43,921 nt of DNA, from assembly GCA_018062065.1 (NCBI GenBank), contig JAGOSX010000003.1, positions 1 through 43,921 on the forward strand, in the 5' to 3' direction. Under the pieces are notes generated by a model. That model made no database searches. It was not told the DNA's origin and saw nothing but the letters and a program-made list of their open reading frames with translations. Within the stretch, counting starts at the first letter, position 1, and each line of letters opens with the position of its first letter. This DNA is from Minisyncoccota bacterium. GTDB taxonomy: Bacteria > Patescibacteriota > Minisyncoccia > Phycocordibacterales > UBA9973. The position numbers were made by a program, and so were the translations under genes. Below, in pieces: positions 39,795 through 43,921 of the stretch.

Positions 39795-40451
39795 TTATTT
39801 TGTTTCTTCAGTTTTTTTATAGATACCATCAACTTCTTTTATAAAAAAATTAATCCCATCAGAAAGCACTTTTATATGACCTCCATTTTTAAATGAACTT
39901 TTAAGCAAATCTTGTCTTTCTTTGTATCCTGTTCTAATTAAAAAATTCTTTATACAATCTGAGTGAGTAACAATTAAAATTTGTTTGTCAGGGTAGGCAA
40001 CAGCAATTTCTCGTAGTTGAATCATAAATCTAACTACTACTTCATCGTCACTTTCTATATCATCTGCTAATTTATATTTTTCATATTCTTCTTTTGCTAA
40101 TTTATTTCGTTCTTGAATTTTATCTATTAATTCTTTTTGAAATAAGTATTTTTGCTGACCTTCAAATTTACCAAAATTACGTTCTCGTAATAATTGAGAT
40201 GTTTGAATTGTGATATCTCTATCTAATTTAATAATTTCTGCTGTTCTGATAGCTCTACCAGAATCTGAACTAAAAATTGCATCAAAATGAATATTTTTAA
40301 GTTTATTGGCCGTTTTTTCTGCTTGTTTTATCCCTAATTCTGTTAAATTTGAATCTTTTTGACCCTGAATTATACCTTGTAAATTCCATTCAGTTTGACC
40401 GTGCTTAACAATCCACAATGTACAATAGTCTTTATTCTGTTCTTCTTGCAT
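39795..40451 (-). CDS. Histidine phosphatase family protein (phosphoglycerate-mutase-like) with KHG in place of RHG
   Basis: LWIVKHGQTEWNLQG...LTELG, SSDSGRAIRTAEII, RERNFGKFEG and LIVTHSD. Confidence 0.75.
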   Translation of the reverse strand: MQEEQNKDYCTLWIVKHGQTEWNLQGIIQGQKDSNLTELGIKQAEKTANKLKNIHFDAIFSSDSGRAIRTAEIIKLDRDITIQTSQLLRERNFGKFEGQQKYLFQKELIDKIQERNKLAKEEYEKYKLADDIESDDEVVVRFMIQLREIAVAYPDKQILIVTHSDCIKNFLIRTGYKERQDLLKSSFKNGGHIKVLSDGINFFIKEVDGIYKKTEETK

Positions 40452-40496
40452 TTTTTTATTATATCTTATTAAGTAATAACTTACTATAAAGTTTTA

Positions 40497-41012
40497 TTAA
40501 TTCTTAAAATTATCAAAAATTGATTTTTGAGTTTCGAGATCTATCTTGTTTGTTGTTAGGATTATCATCTCGGTAGTTAATCCTAAATCACGTTTTATAT
40601 TTTCAAAAAGAAATTCGTAAGGTAGGGGAGAAATCCATACCGAATTTTTCAAGCAAACGAATCCTGCTTTTTTTAGTAAATAGCGGAGAGATTCGCGTTC
40701 GTTCTTTCTAGCTTCTGGAAGGTCTAAAATAATCATTCTCCAATATCCGTCCCAAGTCGTATTTACAAGTACATTTTCATTATCTAATTTTAAACTATAA
40801 AGCTTCTTTTTACCTTCTTTGGTGAGACTAATATAGTCTTTATTACCTGAGTCATGAAGCTTTGCAAAACCGCTATTTACGAGATTTTTGAGGCTTCTAG
40901 AGATAGCGTATTTGTCCTTTGTATCTTCTTTTTCTTTTAAAGATTCTACACTAGCAACTCGCTTTTCAGCTATTTTTTTAAGGATTTTTTTTGAAATATC
41001 TTGATTTTTCAT
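40497..41012 (-). CDS. PaaX-like winged-helix transcriptional regulator
   Basis: N-terminal wHTH-like region (ISRSLKNLVNSGFAKL), then WDGYWRMIILDLPEARKNERESLRYLLKKAGFVCLKNSVWISP, the PaaX-family middle-domain pattern. Confidence 0.55.
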   Translation of the reverse strand: MKNQDISKKILKKIAEKRVASVESLKEKEDTKDKYAISRSLKNLVNSGFAKLHDSGNKDYISLTKEGKKKLYSLKLDNENVLVNTTWDGYWRMIILDLPEARKNERESLRYLLKKAGFVCLKNSVWISPLPYEFLFENIKRDLGLTTEMIILTTNKIDLETQKSIFDNFKN

Positions 41013-41028
41013 ATATTTTATTACTTTA

Positions 41029-41052
41029 CCCTGTTAGTCTCGACTGACGGGG
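41029..41052. promoter_or_regulatory. Near-perfect 24-bp palindrome abutting the -35 box (candidate operator)
   Basis: ccctgttagtc-tc/ga-ctgacgggg. 9 of 11 arm positions are complementary. It is GC-rich in an AT-rich spacer and lies between divergent genes. Confidence 0.45.
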
Positions 41053-41082
41053 TTGACATAGATATAGCTTATCATATATACT
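41053..41082 (+). promoter_or_regulatory. Sigma-70 promoter (TTGACA, 16-18-nt spacer, TATATA/TATACT) for the phosphatase-dnaK transcription unit
   Basis: TTGACA at 41053-41058 and TATATACT at 41075-41082. The leader to ATG 41126 is about 40 nt. Confidence 0.6.
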
Positions 41083-41097
41083 ACTTTTATACAAGTA

Positions 41098-41113
41098 TTT
41101 CGCGGTCGCGAAA
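41098..41113. promoter_or_regulatory. 16-bp palindrome TTTCGCG-GT-CGCGAAA in the leader (candidate operator)
   Basis: Perfect 7-bp arms with a 2-nt centre. It lies between the -10 box and ATG 41126 and is the most GC-rich spot in the intergenic region. Confidence 0.5.
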
Positions 41114-41125
41114 AACAAGTAAATT

Positions 41126-41545
41126 ATGAAAAAAGTAATATTTATTTGCAAAAGAAATAGGTTTAGGAGTCAAATTGCTAAAAGTCTTTGTAATCAATCT
41201 TTTCCTAGTGATTGGGAAGCTGATTCGTACGGATTTTTAGTTAGAGAAGAAGATGAATTAAAACCTTTTTCTGAAAATCCTAAGGTAGCAGAAACTATTA
41301 AAGGATTAAAAGAAATTGGAATTGATATTTCTCATGAACGCTCTAAAAATTTGAATCCTGAAAATTTAAAAGGTGTCGATAAAATTATAGTTTTAACTGA
41401 AGAAGAAGATATACCAGATTGGTTTAAAAATGATTATGAGTATGAACATTGGCATGAAGTTAAAAATTTTCCTGGTAGTCCAACTTTAGATAAAACAAGA
41501 GAAACAATTAATTTAGTTAAACAAAAATTATTAGAATTAATATAA
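41126..41545 (+). CDS. Low-molecular-weight phosphotyrosine phosphatase / ArsC-like protein
   Basis: The P-loop [15 protein letters not shown] matches C-x5-R-S at the N-terminus. The protein is 139 aa, and its stop lies 7 nt before the dnaK start. Confidence 0.7.
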   Translation: MKKVIFICKRNRFRSQIAKSLCNQSFPSDWEADSYGFLVREEDELKPFSENPKVAETIKGLKEIGIDISHERSKNLNPENLKGVDKIIVLTEEEDIPDWFKNDYEYEHWHEVKNFPGSPTLDKTRETINLVKQKLLELI

Positions 41546-41552
41546 AAAACAT

Positions 41553-43445
41553 ATGTCAAAAATAATAGGTATAGATTTAGGTACAACAAATAGTGCGGTC
41601 GCAATAATCGAAGGAGGAAATCCTAAGATTGTAGAAAATATTGAAGGAGCTAGAACTACTCCGTCTATCGTTTCTATTGCTAAGAATGGAGATAGATTAG
41701 TAGGTTTACTTGCAAAGCGTCAAGCAGTAACAAATCCAGAAAATACTATCTACGGTATTAAAAGATTTATGGGTCACAATTTTGAAGATCCAGAAGTTCA
41801 AAAGGATTTGAAAAATTCTTCTTTCAAGATTCAAAAAGGTAAAGACGGTGGAGTAGAAGTTATGATTGGAGATAAATGGATGCGTCCTGAAGAAGTTTCT
41901 GCAATGATTTTAGGTAAAATCAAAGCTGACGTAGAAGCAAAGTTAGGAGAGAAAATTACTGAAGCTGTGATTACAGTTCCCGCTTATTTTAACGATGCAC
42001 AAAGAAAAGCTACTAAAGACGCTGGAGCTATTGCAGGACTTGATGTAAAGAGAATTATCAACGAACCTACAGCAGCAGCTCTTGCTTATGGATTTAATAA
42101 AAAGAAAAATGAAAAGGTTGTAGTTTACGACTTCGGAGGAGGAACTTTCGATGTATCAGTTTTGGAAATCGGTGATGACGTTATAGAAGTAAAATCTACT
42201 GATGGAGACTCTCATTTGGGAGGACGTGATATTGATCACAAGATTATCGCTTGGATTGCTGAAGAATTCAAGAAAACTTCTGGAGTAGATGTTCGTAACG
42301 ATAAACTTGCTTTGCAAAGATTAGACGAAGCTGCAGAAAAAGCAAAAATAGAACTTTCTACTGCTGTAGAAACTGAGATCAATATTCCTTTCATAACTTC
42401 AACTGCCGAAGGTCCTCAACATTTATTGCTTAAGATGACTAGAGCTCAACTCGAATCTATTGCTGATGAATATATAACTCGTTCTATTGAAATAACTAAA
42501 AAAGCTCTAGCTACTTCAGGTTTTACTATGAATGATATTCACGAAATTATAATGGTTGGAGGTCAAACTCGTATGCCGAAAATAGTAGAAGAAGTTAAAA
42601 AAGTTTTTGGTAAAACTCCTAACCTTTCTATTAACCCTGATGAAGTTGTAGCTTTAGGGGCTGCAGTTCAAGCTGGAGTATTAGCGGGAGACGTTCGTGA
42701 CGTATTGCTTCTAGATGTTATACCTCTATCTCTCGGCATCGAAACTTTAGGAGGAGTAGCGACTAAGCTCGTAGAAAGAAATACTACTATCCCTGCATCT
42801 AAATCTCAAATTTTCTCAACTGCAGCCGACAATCAAACTTCAGTAGAAATTCATATCGTGCAAGGTGAACGCCCTATGGCAAGTGATAATAAGTCTCTAG
42901 GCCGATTTATTCTAGACGGAGTTCCACCTGCACCTCGCGGTATTCCTCAAGTTGAAGTTACTTTTGATGTAGATGCGAACGGAATTCTAAATGTTAAAGC
43001 TATGGAAAAAGCTTCTGGTAAAACTCAATCAATCCGCATCGAAGCGTCAAGTGGACTTAAAGAAGAAGATATCAAGAAAATGCAACAAGACGCAGAGCTT
43101 AACGCTGAAGAAGATAAGAAGAAGAAAGAATTAGTAGATGTGAAAAATACCGCAGAGATGACTCTCTATACAGCAGAGAAATCAGTTAAAGAAAACGAAG
43201 CAAAATTAGAAGAAGCTTTAAAAACTGAAATTAATACTAAGATTACTAATTTGCGCAGTGTAAAAGATTCTTCTGATATGGAGGCTATTAAGAAAGCTAC
43301 TGAAGAATTGTCTTCTGAAATGTCTAAGATAGGGGAAGCCGTAGCCAAAAGTGGCGGAGGTGCTGAGCCAGCAGGCGAAGCGCAAGGAGGTCAAACAATC
43401 GAAGAGCAACCAGTAGAAGTAGAAAACGAAGACAAAAAAGAATAA
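41553..43445 (+). CDS. dnaK: Molecular chaperone DnaK (Hsp70)
   Basis: [23 protein letters not shown], the VGGQTRMP region and the substrate-binding domain, followed by a Gly/Ala/Glu-rich tail. 630 aa. Confidence 0.97.
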   Translation: MSKIIGIDLGTTNSAVAIIEGGNPKIVENIEGARTTPSIVSIAKNGDRLVGLLAKRQAVTNPENTIYGIKRFMGHNFEDPEVQKDLKNSSFKIQKGKDGGVEVMIGDKWMRPEEVSAMILGKIKADVEAKLGEKITEAVITVPAYFNDAQRKATKDAGAIAGLDVKRIINEPTAAALAYGFNKKKNEKVVVYDFGGGTFDVSVLEIGDDVIEVKSTDGDSHLGGRDIDHKIIAWIAEEFKKTSGVDVRNDKLALQRLDEAAEKAKIELSTAVETEINIPFITSTAEGPQHLLLKMTRAQLESIADEYITRSIEITKKALATSGFTMNDIHEIIMVGGQTRMPKIVEEVKKVFGKTPNLSINPDEVVALGAAVQAGVLAGDVRDVLLLDVIPLSLGIETLGGVATKLVERNTTIPASKSQIFSTAADNQTSVEIHIVQGERPMASDNKSLGRFILDGVPPAPRGIPQVEVTFDVDANGILNVKAMEKASGKTQSIRIEASSGLKEEDIKKMQQDAELNAEEDKKKKELVDVKNTAEMTLYTAEKSVKENEAKLEEALKTEINTKITNLRSVKDSSDMEAIKKATEELSSEMSKIGEAVAKSGGGAEPAGEAQGGQTIEEQPVEVENEDKKE

Positions 43446-43461
43446 TTCTTTAAAGAATATT

Positions 43462-43498
43462 AAAAGAGCGAGGGCCTAACGGCCCTCGCTCTTTTGTT
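43462..43498 (+). terminator. Strong intrinsic terminator after dnaK
   Basis: aaaagagcgagggcc (43462-43476) pairs with ggccctcgctctttt (43481-43495) around the loop taac. A T-tract follows. Confidence 0.85.
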
Positions 43499-43533
43499 GC
43501 TTTACCTCTATAAAAAAGCTAGAATTTCAGTAT

Positions 43534-43921
43534 ATGGATCAAGACTACGATGATTGGAATATCATAAAAAAAGAACTTTCTAAAAAAGAAGAAAAATTTT
43601 TCTTCAAAGAAGGTGACATCTGGTGGGTTTCTTTAGGAAAAAATTTAGGTACAGAGTCTTATGGAAAAGGAGAAATATTCCGAAGACCAGTATTAATAAT
43701 TAAAAAATTAAATTCTAATTCTTGTATTGTGTTACCTTTAACTTCTAAAAATAAAAGTGGTACTTGGTTTACAGAAATTACTTTTCAGAATGAAATTAAA
43801 ACTGTATTACTTTATCAAATAAAAATGATAAATACGAAAAGATTTCAGAGAAGATTAGGAGTATTAGACGATAATGATTTTAAGAAAGTAAAAGAAAAAC
43901 TCAAGTTTTTGCTTGAGCTTT
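43534..43921 (+). CDS. PemK/MazF-family toxin-like protein (C-terminus cut by the window end)
   Basis: Absent from the ORF track because it is open at the edge. Hand translation gives MDQDYDDWNIIKKELSKKEEKFFFKEGDIWWVSLGKNLGTESYGKGEIFRRPVLIIKK...CIVLPLTSKNKSG...LLYQIKMINTKRFQRRLGVL. The G-D-I-W-W-V-x-L-G...RPVLII...PLTS...Q.r.I...R pattern is the MazF/PemK SH3-like barrel signature. Confidence 0.65.
   Translation, partial: MDQDYDDWNIIKKELSKKEEKFFFKEGDIWWVSLGKNLGTESYGKGEIFRRPVLIIKKLNSNSCIVLPLTSKNKSGTWFTEITFQNEIKTVLLYQIKMINTKRFQRRLGVLDDNDFKKVKEKLKFLLEL

Noticed and set aside
1-43921. A search for CRISPR arrays, rRNA genes, transposases, integrases, reverse transcriptase or DGR components, and restriction-modification or other recognisable defence genes.
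   Set aside because: I saw no regularly spaced direct repeats and no ORF with the corresponding motifs. The only candidate mobile or defence-like items are the MazF-like gene, the palindromic repeat and the tRNA-fragment scar, all reported separately.
1-43921. An alternative genetic code, such as UGA read as Gly or Trp as in some CPR relatives.
   Set aside because: Large conserved genes (gyrA, clpB, dnaK, alaS, typA) are full length and uninterrupted under the standard code. Gene ends coincide with terminators or tightly packed downstream starts.

Overview
This is a 43.9-kb, AT-rich (about one-third GC by eye), very gene-dense bacterial chromosome segment. The standard genetic code fits: housekeeping ORFs are long and intact, and TAA is the usual stop. 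I call 49 protein genes, two of them cut by the window edges and one (rpmJ) missing from the ORF track. I also call 5 tRNAs, 1 decayed tRNA copy, several intrinsic terminators and a set of promoters.

The gene content fits a Candidate Phyla Radiation / Patescibacteria (Parcubacteria-like) genome. Supporting features are a 500-aa IF-2 that starts at the G domain, a 610-aa AlaRS, a four-domain S1, a sigma-region-4/HARE-HTH protein, tandem small VirB2-like pilin genes, and almost no Shine-Dalgarno motifs.

The housekeeping backbone consists of:
- rpsA and gyrA
- a DUF4446-like gene with infB and rbfA, followed by four tRNAs
- a cysteine desulfurase, clpB, tRNA-Tyr and typA
- mltG, mnmA, an MgtC-family gene and alaS
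- infA-rpmJ-rpsM-rpsK-rpsD-rpoA-rplQ-rplM-rpsI
- grpE and dnaK

The accessory or unusual parts are:
1. A methyltransferase, an orphan solute-binding protein and five pilin-like paralogs in one operon (5.5-9.6 kb).
2. A block of exported or membrane proteins of unknown function (9.6-13.7 kb). It holds an SPFH-like operon, an IPT/TIG surface protein and a 7-repeat Cys-rich protein, and it abuts a tRNA cluster littered with tRNA fragments.
3. A GC-rich nested palindromic repeat present twice.
4. A four-gene insert between grpE and dnaK. It includes a 30-Cys zinc-ribbon protein, and a divergent regulator/phosphatase pair with palindromic candidate operators.
5. An apparently antitoxin-less MazF/PemK-like gene at the right edge.

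Many promoters sit 6-7 nt from the ATG, which implies leaderless mRNAs. I saw no CRISPR array, rRNA, transposase, integrase or reverse transcriptase. All functional calls rest on motif recognition by eye. No database search was run.
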